From an uncultured candidatus Porisulfidus sp. (lineage in GTDB: Bacteria; Pseudomonadota; Gammaproteobacteria; Poriferisulfidales; Poriferisulfidaceae), in the NCBI GenBank assembly GCA_965204575.1, contig OZ241993.1, positions 1,312,001 to 1,376,000 on the forward strand: a DNA stretch of 64,000 nucleotides. Direction: 5' to 3'. This document shows, piece after piece, positions 40,928-54,481 of this stretch; the stretch's first letter is position 1; the number at the start of each line of letters is the position of its first letter. The notes beneath the pieces were generated by a model. The model searched no databases and had not been told where the DNA came from. It saw nothing but the letters and a program-made list of their open reading frames with translations. The translations under genes and the position numbers were made by a program.

Positions 40928-41218
40928 TTAGCAGACCTGAACCCCCAGGGCTCCCTTGCAGTTGTACAGTTTGTCGGCTTCCTCCGGCTTTGTCCTCTTG
41001 GCCGTGGAGGATAGCGTTTCATTTACCGAGCGGCACCACGCCATGATTTTGCAGTAGCCGCCGCCGACATCCGCATATTGAATATCGGTGCAACTCTGAT
41101 AGGCGGAACTCGCCTCAAACTTCTCCTTGCAGATGTCCACAAGGGGCCTGGGTTTCGGTGCCAGTCCGTATGCCGGAGACAAGGCCAGCATCAGGATCAG
41201 CGTGATGGTTTTCTTCAT
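40928..41218 (-). CDS. Secreted Cys-rich mini-protein E (96 aa)
   Basis: AGGAGG RBS; MKK signal peptide; LAPKP as in A; C-x12-C-x12-C-x5-C-x24-C-x8-C. Confidence 0.87.
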   Translation of the reverse strand: MKKTITLILMLALSPAYGLAPKPRPLVDICKEKFEASSAYQSCTDIQYADVGGGYCKIMAWCRSVNETLSSTAKRTKPEEADKLYNCKGALGVQVC

Positions 41219-41483
41219 GGTTTGCCTCCTGGGTGAAAAATCAATCGCATGTTACCATCCTCTCCCCGTCAAACCCCGCACGGACATACGCGCCTGGAGC
41301 GACTGCCGACAGTCTAGCACGGCGGAATCAATCATCTGCACCATCCGCCAGGCCGCAGATTCGCGCCGCCGCGTCCTTGTCGATGCCATCGTCTCCGTTC
41401 GTCATGGACTGATACGCACGCGCCCGGCCTTGCAGATCGGGCGGCAAGGGCGCGGACCGGCGCGGGCCTGCATCGACCGGCCG

Positions 41484-41523
41484 GGGCATCATGCCGGCGC
41501 GAGCCGTGATAGGAAACCCATCA
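41484..41523 (+). repeat. Partial third copy of the palindromic repeat
   Basis: GGGCATCATGCCGGCGCGAGCCGTGATAGGAAACCCATCA vs 41733-41773. Confidence 0.8.
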
Positions 41524-41745
41524 GCGGATGGCAACACAACCTAGACAAATCGCTGGCCAAGCCTGGCCGCGAAGCACACAATTCCATGCGCAAAGCGCAA
41601 CACAACCTAAACACCGCACGGAGAGCGTCTTACCAGAGCACCCACCCTGGAGAACTCAATTTGGAGACACTCTCGGCTTTGATACCGAACGACAAAACGG
41701 CAGAAATCGACCTAGAACCGACAAATCGGCTAGGGCATCAATGCC

Positions 41746-41801
41746 GGCGCGAGCCGTGATAGGAAACCTATCACCGGGCGGCCCGGATCAACCGGCTGGC
41801 C
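41746..41801 (+). repeat. 56-bp direct repeat, copy 2
   Basis: Identical to 40773-40828. Confidence 0.9.
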
Positions 41802-41811
41802 AGATCGAACC

Positions 41812-42157
41812 TGTCAAACCAAAGCTGAAATTTCCCCTTTTTCGGTTGGGCTGGCGAGCGGCAGCCCGGGATTTCATGGAAATCCCCCCGGGTCAAGCGC
41901 CGAGCCGCTCATCGGCTGGATTTTTCAAGGATTCACGCCGGTTGAAGAAGCGGATTGGGCGTTTCGCGCCTCAGCCAGCACGGCCGCCGCCTGACCCTTC
42001 TTCCGCCACGGATGATCCGGCGGCGGCCCGTAGCTCGGGCGGGCGGCCTGGGCCAGCTTTTGATCCACGATCCGGTTCAGGTCCTTGGTGTCCGCCGCCT
42101 GAACTGCGTCTCGCAGTCCTCCTTGCCGATCTGGTTGACCCGGAACACGCTGTACCG
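41812..42157 (-). pseudogene. Second, inverted remnant of the ISNCY/IS1202-like element
   Basis: Begins TGTCAAACCAAAGCTGAAATTTCCCC; reverse complement matches ~31158-31623 with an internal deletion. Confidence 0.8.
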
Positions 42158-42797
42158 TTGGCGGGCGCGTTACCAGGCGAAGGGGCTGCGGGGGCTTCGT
42201 CCGCGCAGCCGGCGTCCGCGGCGTTGCCGGCGGAAGCGTTGGGCGCCGGAGCTGACGCGGCGGCTGATCCAGTTGCGCCAGGCCCATCCGGGCTGGGGCA
42301 AGCAGAAGCTGGCGGTGCTGCTGCACCGCGAGGGCCACGCGGTCTCGGTGAGCACGGTCGGGCGGATGGTCAGCGAGCTGTTGCGACGGGGCCGGATCGC
42401 ACGCAGCCCCCGAAGAACCAAGCGCAGGCGGGCCTCCCGCCCGCGTCCGTGGGCGCAGCGCGGCTGGGGCGGGCTGGAGACGTGATCGGCAAGGTGGTGC
42501 AGGTCGACACGATGACGGTGACGCCCTATTACGGCTTCCGCTTCAAGCAGTTCACCGCGGTCGACGTGGCCAGCCGCTACTTGGTCGGGGCGCTGTACAG
42601 CCGGGCCACCGCGGCGTGCGCGGCCCGCTGCACGGAAATGGCGGCGGATCTGGAGGGGGCGCGGCGGCAGTGGGCCGAGTGGGAGGACACCTACAACCGG
42701 GTCCGGCCGCATCAAAGTCTCGGCCTGAAGACCCCGATTCAGTATATTAGGTCACGATCGTCAAGCAGGGCGTGTTCCCAAATGTCCTGAGCCCACA
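42147..42797 (+). pseudogene. IS481-family transposase remnant
   Basis: TLYRWRARY...GL.PRSRRP, HPGWGK.KL, VQVDT, FTAVDVASRY, YNRVRPHQSLGLKTP; frameshifted and deleted; probable end ...ATGTCCTGAGCCCACA. Confidence 0.75.
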
Positions 42798-42861
42798 ACT
42801 ACCCGAATGAACGCGCCCTCCTTTGCTAGAATAACGAACTGCGTCCTGATCTGGAATTTTC

Positions 42862-43998
42862 ATGGCTTGGAACGACAACGGTGGAAACCCGTGGCAGCGC
42901 AATGCGCGGCAGGGGCCGCCGGACCTGGATGACCTGTTCGGAAACCTGTTCCGGCGCCTGTTCGGTTCGGGCCGCAAGGGCGGCGGGGGCGGGGGCGGCC
43001 GCAAGTGGTCGGTCGGCACCGGCAGCGTCCTGCTCGTCCTCCTGATCCTGTGGCTGCTGTCCGGCTTCTACATCGTCGAGGCCAGCGAGCGTGGCGTCGT
43101 GCTCCGCTTCGGCAAGCACGAGCGCACCACCATGCCGGGGCCGGGATGGCACATCCCGTATCCGGTCGAAAGCGTCGAGGTGGTCAACGTGACCGGCAAC
43201 CGGAGCGTGGAGAAGCGGACCACCATGCTGACCCAGGACGAGAACATCGTCGAACTCAAGTTCTCGGTGCAGTACCGGCTCAAGAATGCCGAAGACTACC
43301 TGTTCAACGTCGAGAACCCGGACATCGAGTTCGACCGCGCCTGCCGCTTCAAGAGCACCATCTGCGGCGTGCTCGACAGTGCCATCCGCACCGTGGTGGG
43401 GCGCAACAACATGGACTTCATCCTGCGCGAGGGCCGCGCGGAAATCGCCAGCCGGACCATGGCGCTGATGCAGGAGATCCTCGACGCCTACGGCACCGGC
43501 ATCGAGATCCTGACGGTCAACCTGGAGGACTCGCAGCCGCCGAACGCGGTGCAGGACGCCTTCCAGGACGCGACCAAGGCGCGCGAGGACATGGAGCGAT
43601 TCAAGAACGAGGCGCAGGCTTACGCCAACGAGGTCCTGCCGCAGGCCCGCGGCGAGGCCGCGCGGATGCTGGAGGACGCCAAGGCCTACCGCGCCCAGGT
43701 GATTGCCAACGCCGAAGGCGAGGCGTCCCGCTTTACCCAGTTGCTGACCGAGTACCGCAAGGCGCCGGAAGTCACCCGCCAACGCATGTATCTGCAGGCA
43801 GTGGAGTCGGTCCTTTCCAATTCTTCCAAGGTGATGGTCGATGTCGACAAGGGGAGCAACATGCTGTTCCTGCCGCTGGACCGGATCCTGGAGCAACGCG
43901 GCCCGGCCCGGCCGCCGAATTCTTCATCCCTGGACCGGCAGGGAGGAAGTTCCTCAGGTTCCGGAAGTCTCGCCCCACGCTTGAGGGAGGGACGCTGA
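42862..43998 (+). CDS. hflK: FtsH modulator HflK
   Basis: MAWN...PW...GPPDLD, SPFH domain. Confidence 0.96.
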   Translation: MAWNDNGGNPWQRNARQGPPDLDDLFGNLFRRLFGSGRKGGGGGGGRKWSVGTGSVLLVLLILWLLSGFYIVEASERGVVLRFGKHERTTMPGPGWHIPYPVESVEVVNVTGNRSVEKRTTMLTQDENIVELKFSVQYRLKNAEDYLFNVENPDIEFDRACRFKSTICGVLDSAIRTVVGRNNMDFILREGRAEIASRTMALMQEILDAYGTGIEILTVNLEDSQPPNAVQDAFQDATKAREDMERFKNEAQAYANEVLPQARGEAARMLEDAKAYRAQVIANAEGEASRFTQLLTEYRKAPEVTRQRMYLQAVESVLSNSSKVMVDVDKGSNMLFLPLDRILEQRGPARPPNSSSLDRQGGSSSGSGSLAPRLREGR

Positions 43999-43999
43999 G

Positions 44000-44860
44000 A
44001 TGAACCTGCAGGTCCGCCTGATCCTGGCTGCCATCGTGGTGGTGCTGGTCTGGGCCTCTACGTTCTACGTACGCCAGACCGAGACGGCGATCGTGTTCCA
44101 GCTCGGCGATATCCGGCGCGCAGGCTTGGAGCCGGGGCTGCACTTCCAGATGCCGTTCATCAACAACGTGCAGAAATTCGACGCCCGGGTGCTGTCGCTG
44201 GATTCCAAGCCGGAGCTGTTCCTGACCAGCGAGAAGAAGAACGTGTCGGTGGACTTCTTCGTCAAGTGGCGGATCAAGAACGTCAGCCAATACTTCCGTG
44301 CCACCCAGGGCGACCGTGCACGTGCCGAGGGGCGGTTGACCCAGATCGTCAAGGACGGGCTCAAGAACCAGTTCGGCGTGCGCACCATCCAGCAGGCGAT
44401 CTCCGGCGAGCGGCGCGAGATCATGGACGTGCTGCAGGTGCAATCCAACCGCAACGCGAGCGAGCTTGGCATCAAAGTGGTGGATGTCCGCATCAGCCGC
44501 ATCGAGTTGCCGGACGAGGTCAGTGATTCGGTCTATCGCCGGATGCGCGCGGAGCGCAGCCGGACGGCCAAGGACTTTCGCGCCCGCGGCCAGGAGACGG
44601 CGGAACGGATTCGCGCCGACGCCGACCGCCAGCGCACGGTGATTCAGGCCGAGGCGTACCGCGACGCGGAGAAGATTCGCGGCGAGGGCGATGCCCAATC
44701 CACCGAGATCTATGCCGAGGCCTACAACCAGGATCCCGAGTTCTTTGCGTTCACCCGAAGCCTGAACGCCTACGTCAATACGTTCCGCGACAAGGGCGAC
44801 GTGCTGGTGATGGAACCGGACTCGGAGTTCTTCCAGTACTTCAAGCAACTCCAGAAGTAA
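44000..44860 (+). CDS. hflC: FtsH modulator HflC
   Basis: PGLHF, RMRAER, RGEGDA, FF.F.RSL. Confidence 0.96.
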   Translation: MNLQVRLILAAIVVVLVWASTFYVRQTETAIVFQLGDIRRAGLEPGLHFQMPFINNVQKFDARVLSLDSKPELFLTSEKKNVSVDFFVKWRIKNVSQYFRATQGDRARAEGRLTQIVKDGLKNQFGVRTIQQAISGERREIMDVLQVQSNRNASELGIKVVDVRISRIELPDEVSDSVYRRMRAERSRTAKDFRARGQETAERIRADADRQRTVIQAEAYRDAEKIRGEGDAQSTEIYAEAYNQDPEFFAFTRSLNAYVNTFRDKGDVLVMEPDSEFFQYFKQLQK

Positions 44861-44875
44861 TACCGGTTCCCCGCC

Positions 44876-45060
44876 ATGCAGTGGGAATTCGTCCTGGCGG
44901 CCATCGCTCTGGTAATCATGCTGGAAGGGCTCATCGCTCTTTTGAGCCCGGAGTTGGCGCGGCGCATGATGCTGCGCATGATTGAACTGCCGACCCCGCA
45001 ATTCCGCATGATGGGGCTGATCGCCGTGACGCTGGGCGTATTGCTCCTTTATCTCACGCG

Positions 45061-45073
<13 letters not shown>
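44876..45073 (+). CDS. DUF2065 (YjeT-like) membrane protein
   Basis: AIALVIMLEGL...P; hflC-purA synteny. Confidence 0.88.
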
Positions 45074-50102
<5,029 letters not shown>

Positions 50103-50183
50103 GGGATGGGGCGCGGTTCCGACATTTTAGGGCAGGAAAGCGGGCAGGGTTGTATATGCCAACATGGTTTCCGGAGATTTTCT

Positions 50184-50466
50184 GTGCCGACCCGCAATAT
50201 TGTCCTGACGGATCACCAGTCAGCCTTCATCAAGGACTTGGTTTCCTCGGGCCGCTGCCAGAGATGCGAGCGAGGTCCTGCGCGCGGGCCTTCGCCTGGT
50301 CGAGCGCCAGGAAGCGCTGCGCGAAGCCGTCCATGCCGGCATCGCGGACATCGAGGCCGTCCGTTTCCGTGAATTCAGCGAACCCGGCTCCTTGCGCAAC
50401 TGCCTCCTCGACCTAGCCGAGCAAACCTTCGCCGAAGAATCTTCCGACACGAATCGCGAACAGTGA
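50184..50466 (+). pseudogene. Frameshifted ParD (CC2985-type) antitoxin
   Basis: VPTRNIVLTDHQSAFIKDLVSSGRCQ, +1 shift near 50261, then DASEVLRAGLRLVE...AGIADIEA. Confidence 0.75.
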
Positions 50467-50476
50467 CCGGGGCCCA

Positions 50477-50527
50477 TTGCTGCGGGTCCGCTTGGCGGCA
50501 GCGGCTGAGCGGGATCTGCGGGAGATG
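50477..50527 (+). pseudogene. N-terminal stub of a ParE toxin
   Basis: RVRLAAAAERDLREM resembles ParE N-termini; directly follows the parD remnant. Confidence 0.5.
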
Positions 50528-50581
50528 CCCGGCATTCCCTGTGGCATAATGCGTTCGCTCAAAACCGGCGCATCCAACCCC

Positions 50582-50908
50582 ATGTTTTTGATCGACGACG
50601 CGATGGCGCAGGACGCGGCAGGCCCCATGGGCGGCTGGTCCATGTTCGCCATGATCGCGATCTTCTTCGCGATCATGTACTTCATGATTATTCGTCCGCA
50701 GAACAAGCGGGTCAAGGAACACCGCGCCCTGATCGACTCCCTGCAAAAGGGCGACGAGGTGTCCACCAACGGCGGCCTGATGGGGCGGATCACGCACATC
50801 GGCTCCAGCACGGTGCGCCTGGAACTGGCGGAGGGGGTGGAGGTCCGGCTGCGGCGGGACTCGGTCAGCAACGTCCTGCCCAAGGGTTCGCTCGCGAAAA
50901 GTGACTGA
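50582..50908 (+). CDS. yajC: Preprotein translocase subunit YajC
   Basis: YFMIIRPQ.KR.KEH, L.KGDEV.T.GG. Confidence 0.95.
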   Translation: MFLIDDAMAQDAAGPMGGWSMFAMIAIFFAIMYFMIIRPQNKRVKEHRALIDSLQKGDEVSTNGGLMGRITHIGSSTVRLELAEGVEVRLRRDSVSNVLPKGSLAKSD

Positions 50909-50944
50909 TTCGGGCTGCTGGATCAGCGGCCTTCGGACAAATCA

Positions 50945-52810
50945 ATGAAAGCGAATCAATATCCGTGGTGGAAGAACCTTCTGGTGATCGGCATCCCGCT
51001 GATCGCGGCGCTTTATGCGGCGCCCAACCTGTATCCTTCCGATCCCTCGGTCCAGGTCTCCTCGTCCCGGGTTGCCGTTGGTGAGGCAGAGAAGAAACAG
51101 ATCGAGCAGATCCTCAAGCTGAAGGGTCTGGCCCACGAGCAGGTCGAGCAGGAAGGGGAAGAATCCCTGCTGATCCGCTTTCCCGATCTGGAAGAGCAGC
51201 TGAAGGCCGCCGACGCGTTGCGCGACGCCCTGTCGGACCGGTTCTCGGTGGCGCTGCACCTGGCGCCGGCCACGCCGGGCTGGCTCGAGTCGCTGAACGC
51301 GCACCCGATGAATCTCGGGCTGGATCTGCGCGGCGGCGTGCATTTCCTCTTGGAAGTCGACCTGGGCGCCTCGATCAGCAAGGCGTACGCCCGGCATGCC
51401 GCGGATGTCCGGACCTTGCTGCGCGAAGAAGAAATCCGCTACCGCGGGGTGCGGGTGCAGGGCGAGGAGGTGCATATCCTGGCACGCGATGAAGAGACCC
51501 TCGAACAGATCGAAGAAGCGGCCAAGGACAATTATTTCGGCACCTTCGACGTCACCACGGCAGAGACCGAGGGACAGCCGACGGTCATCATGCGACTGAC
51601 CTCGACCGCACATAGCGACATTCGCCGCAATGCCATCAGCCAGAACCTGATCACCCTGCGCAAGCGGGTCAACGAACTGGGCGTGGCGGAGCCGGTCATC
51701 CAGCAGCAGGGGCGCACCCGGATCGCGGTGCAGTTGCCGGGCGTGCAGGATACGGCGCGGGCCAAGGAAATCCTGGGCGCGACCGCCACCCTGGAATTCC
51801 GGCTGGTGGACGAGCAGTCGGACCCCTACCTGGCCGCGGAGACGGGCAAGGTGCCGCTGGCGGACGAACTGTACTACGAGCGAGACGGCAACCCGGTTCT
51901 GCTCAAGCGCCAGATCATGCTGACCGGGGAGCACATCATTGACGCATCGTCGGGGTTTGACGAACGCAGCCAGCCTGCGGTGCACATCACGCTGGACGGC
52001 GACGGCGCCCGGCAGTTCGCCAAGGTGACCGGCGAGAACGTCAAGCGGCTGATGGGCGTGGTGTTCATCGAGCAGCGCAGCGACACGGTCGTCACCAACG
52101 GCGAAACGCACCGGGTCACCCGCGAGACCCGGGAGGTCATCAACGTCGCCCGCATCCAGGAGCAGCTGTCCAAGCGCTTCCAGATCACCGGGCTGGACAC
52201 GTCGCGCGAGGCGCGCAACCTGGCGTTACTGCTGCGCGCCGGCGCGCTGGCCACGCCCATGTACATCGTGGAGGAGCGGACGGTCGGGCCGAGCCTGGGC
52301 CAGCAGAACATCGAGCTCGGCGCCTTGTCGGTGCTGATCGGCTTCCTGCTGGTGATGGTGTTCATGGTGCTGTACTACCGCCTGTTCGGGCTGGTCGCCG
52401 ACCTGGCGCTGATCGCCAACCTGGTCCTGATCGTGGCGGCAATGTCGATGATTCCAGGGGCGACACTGACCCTGCCGGGCATCGCCGGCATCGTGCTGAC
52501 CGTGGGCATGGCGGTGGATGCCAACGTGCTCATCTTCGAGCGCATCCGGGAAGAACTGGACAACGGCAATTCACCCCAGGCCAGCATCCAGGCCGGCTAC
52601 AGCAAGGCGCTGTCGACCATCGCCGACGCGAATATCACCACCCTGATCGCGGCGATCGTGCTGTTCGCCTTCGGCACCGGGCCGATCAAGGGCTTCGCGG
52701 TGACCCTCTCCATCGGCATCATGGCTTCCATGTTCACCGCGATCATGGGGACCCGGGCGATCATCAACCGGATCTACGGAACCCGCCGCCGCCCTACCCT
52801 GGCGGTCTGA
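50945..52810 (+). CDS. secD: Protein translocase subunit SecD
   Basis: LGLDLRGG, RVNELGVAEP, TVGPSLG, GMAVDANVLIFERI. Confidence 0.97.
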   Translation: MKANQYPWWKNLLVIGIPLIAALYAAPNLYPSDPSVQVSSSRVAVGEAEKKQIEQILKLKGLAHEQVEQEGEESLLIRFPDLEEQLKAADALRDALSDRFSVALHLAPATPGWLESLNAHPMNLGLDLRGGVHFLLEVDLGASISKAYARHAADVRTLLREEEIRYRGVRVQGEEVHILARDEETLEQIEEAAKDNYFGTFDVTTAETEGQPTVIMRLTSTAHSDIRRNAISQNLITLRKRVNELGVAEPVIQQQGRTRIAVQLPGVQDTARAKEILGATATLEFRLVDEQSDPYLAAETGKVPLADELYYERDGNPVLLKRQIMLTGEHIIDASSGFDERSQPAVHITLDGDGARQFAKVTGENVKRLMGVVFIEQRSDTVVTNGETHRVTRETREVINVARIQEQLSKRFQITGLDTSREARNLALLLRAGALATPMYIVEERTVGPSLGQQNIELGALSVLIGFLLVMVFMVLYYRLFGLVADLALIANLVLIVAAMSMIPGATLTLPGIAGIVLTVGMAVDANVLIFERIREELDNGNSPQASIQAGYSKALSTIADANITTLIAAIVLFAFGTGPIKGFAVTLSIGIMASMFTAIMGTRAIINRIYGTRRRPTLAV

Positions 52811-52812
52811 CC

Positions 52813-53739
52813 ATGCGATTGCTTCCGCGCAAACTTGCTCTCGACTTCATGGGTCGTGTCCGGCATGCGATGGTGCTGTCGGGGGGCCTGCTGATCCTGT
52901 CGATTGGCTCGCTGCTGTTCCAGGGCCTGAACCTGGGCGTGGACTTCGAAGGCGGCACCCTGATCGAAGTCGGCTATCCGGCCCCGGTGGAACTCGACGA
53001 AATCCGCGGACAACTGGAGGCGGCCGGCTTCGACCGGGCGGTGGTGCAGCACTTCGGGTCGGCGCAGGACGTGCTGGTGCGAATCAAGCCGGACGGCCGT
53101 CCGCAGAGTGAACTGAGCAACCGGGTGCTGGAGACCCTGCGCGGCGGAAACCAGGAACTTCAACTGAGGCGGGTTGAGTACGTTGGCCCGCAGGTGGGCG
53201 AGGAGCTGCGCGACGACGGGGGCCTCGCCATGCTGTACGCACTGGGGCTGATCCTGGTCTATGTGGCGTTGCGCTTCGAGTACCGGTTCTCGTTCGGCGC
53301 GATCATCGCGCTGGTGCACGACGTGATCCTGACCATCGGATTCTTCTCGCTGACCCGGATCGAATTCGACCTGACGGTGTTGGCGGCCATTCTGGCGGTG
53401 ATCGGCTATTCACTGAACGACACCATCGTCGTATTCGACCGCATCCGGGAGAACTTCCGGGCGTTGCGGCGCAAGCCCAGTACCGAGGTCCTCAACGTCT
53501 CGATCAACCAGACCCTGTCGCGCACCCTGATGACCTCGCTGACCACGCTACTGGTACTGCTCGCACTGTTCTTCTTCGGCGGCGAGGTGATCCACGCGTT
53601 CTCCATCGCGCTGATCGTGGGCGTGATCATCGGCACCTACTCGTCGATCTATGTGGCAGGCAGTTCCCTGCTGGTGCTCGGCGTGAGCGGGCAGGATCTC
53701 GACACGACCCCGTCGGAGGAAGTGGACGACCGCCCGTAG
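52813..53739 (+). CDS. secF: Protein translocase subunit SecF
   Basis: GVDFEGG, VGPQVG.EL, GYSLNDTIVVFDRIRE. Confidence 0.97.
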   Translation: MRLLPRKLALDFMGRVRHAMVLSGGLLILSIGSLLFQGLNLGVDFEGGTLIEVGYPAPVELDEIRGQLEAAGFDRAVVQHFGSAQDVLVRIKPDGRPQSELSNRVLETLRGGNQELQLRRVEYVGPQVGEELRDDGGLAMLYALGLILVYVALRFEYRFSFGAIIALVHDVILTIGFFSLTRIEFDLTVLAAILAVIGYSLNDTIVVFDRIRENFRALRRKPSTEVLNVSINQTLSRTLMTSLTTLLVLLALFFFGGEVIHAFSIALIVGVIIGTYSSIYVAGSSLLVLGVSGQDLDTTPSEEVDDRP

Positions 53740-53757
53740 GGCGGAGAGGGGCTGTGC

Positions 53758-54147
53758 TCAGTGCGAGACGGGGGGCATCAGGGCTAGCCCGAAGCGTTCG
53801 AATTGCTGGAAGTCTTTCAGGTTTACGGTGGCGATGCGGGTTTGCTCCACAATCGCGGTGGCGGCAATCATGCAGTCCGCGAACATTCTACGGTGGCGCC
53901 CCGTCTCATTGAACAAGCGGGCCGAGAGGATGGCCATTTCTTTGGTGAAATCGATCTGCCGGGTCACGATGTGCTGGGCGGTTTGCAGGCTCTGGTCCGA
54001 AAGTGATTCGCCACACAAGTATTCCGCCCAGGCGACGGTGCTCATGGAGAAGGTTTCTCCTGCGCATAGCCATTCCTTGATTTTCTCGCCCTCAGGGGAG
54101 TTCGGGCGGGTCGCGCAAATCAGGAAATTGGTGTCTAGGTGAATCAC
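53758..54147 (-). CDS. vapC: VapC PIN-domain toxin
   Basis: GTG 54147; HLDTNFLI, AE..CG, DCMIAATA, T.N.KDF. Confidence 0.88.
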   Translation of the reverse strand: MIHLDTNFLICATRPNSPEGEKIKEWLCAGETFSMSTVAWAEYLCGESLSDQSLQTAQHIVTRQIDFTKEMAILSARLFNETGRHRRMFADCMIAATAIVEQTRIATVNLKDFQQFERFGLALMPPVSH

Positions 54148-54431
54148 TCGGACAGCCAGCGAAGCCGGTGCAGGGAACTTTCCTCGCGCATTTTCCGAGT
54201 TTCTTTGGCCCACTTCTCGACATCGATGCCGGACTCGGCGACCCGCCTCTGCAATTCTTCCAGTGCCGCGATCGCGTCTTCCCGGTTATGTAGCGCCTGA
54301 TCTGCCACCTTGTCAATGACACGCCGCAGGGCCTCGGACTTGGAGGTATTCCAGTGTTCTGCCAGGCGGTCCAGCTTTTGTGCGGTCTCGACGTCGAACG
54401 TATAGGTCGAGCGGATTGTCATCTTGGCCAT
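54144..54431 (-). CDS. RHH/CopG antitoxin
   Basis: RSTYTFD.ET...L.RLA..W..SKSEALRR; stop overlaps the toxin start. Confidence 0.85.
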   Translation of the reverse strand: MAKMTIRSTYTFDVETAQKLDRLAEHWNTSKSEALRRVIDKVADQALHNREDAIAALEELQRRVAESGIDVEKWAKETRKMREESSLHRLRWLSE

Positions 54432-54437
54432 GCCAAT

Positions 54438-54466
54438 AGTATGGCATGGCCATACCACTATGTCAA
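54438..54466 (-). promoter_or_regulatory. Sigma70 promoter TTGACA-N17-CATACT with overlapping operator palindrome
   Basis: TGTCAA at 54461-66; palindrome GTATGGC-atg-GCCATAC at 54439-55. Confidence 0.7.
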
Positions 54467-54481
54467 ATAAGGCAGAATCGC

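Larger units (their letters stand above)
27888..42797. mobile_element. Accessory island splitting hflX from hflKC
   Basis: The normally contiguous hflX and hflK are separated by ~15 kb containing IS elements, repeats, an exporter and mini-protein genes. Confidence 0.75.

Noticed and set aside
30438-41218. Mini-proteins as classical RiPP/bacteriocin precursors
   Set aside because: They have Sec-type signals rather than double-Gly leaders, and the island has no modifying enzyme or C39 peptidase. Even Cys counts favour disulfides.
40773-41801. Palindromic repeats as a CRISPR array
   Set aside because: Only three copies, irregular spacing of hundreds of bp, a gene in between, and no cas genes.
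41528-42790. 420-aa ORF across the repeats and IS remnants
   Set aside because: Chance open frame over repeat DNA, an antisense ISNCY end and the IS481 tail; only its last part is transposase-like.
27860-42860. att-like direct repeats or dif/Xer sites at the hflX-hflK island ends
   Set aside because: None found by eye; the boundaries are inferred from synteny and IS ends only.
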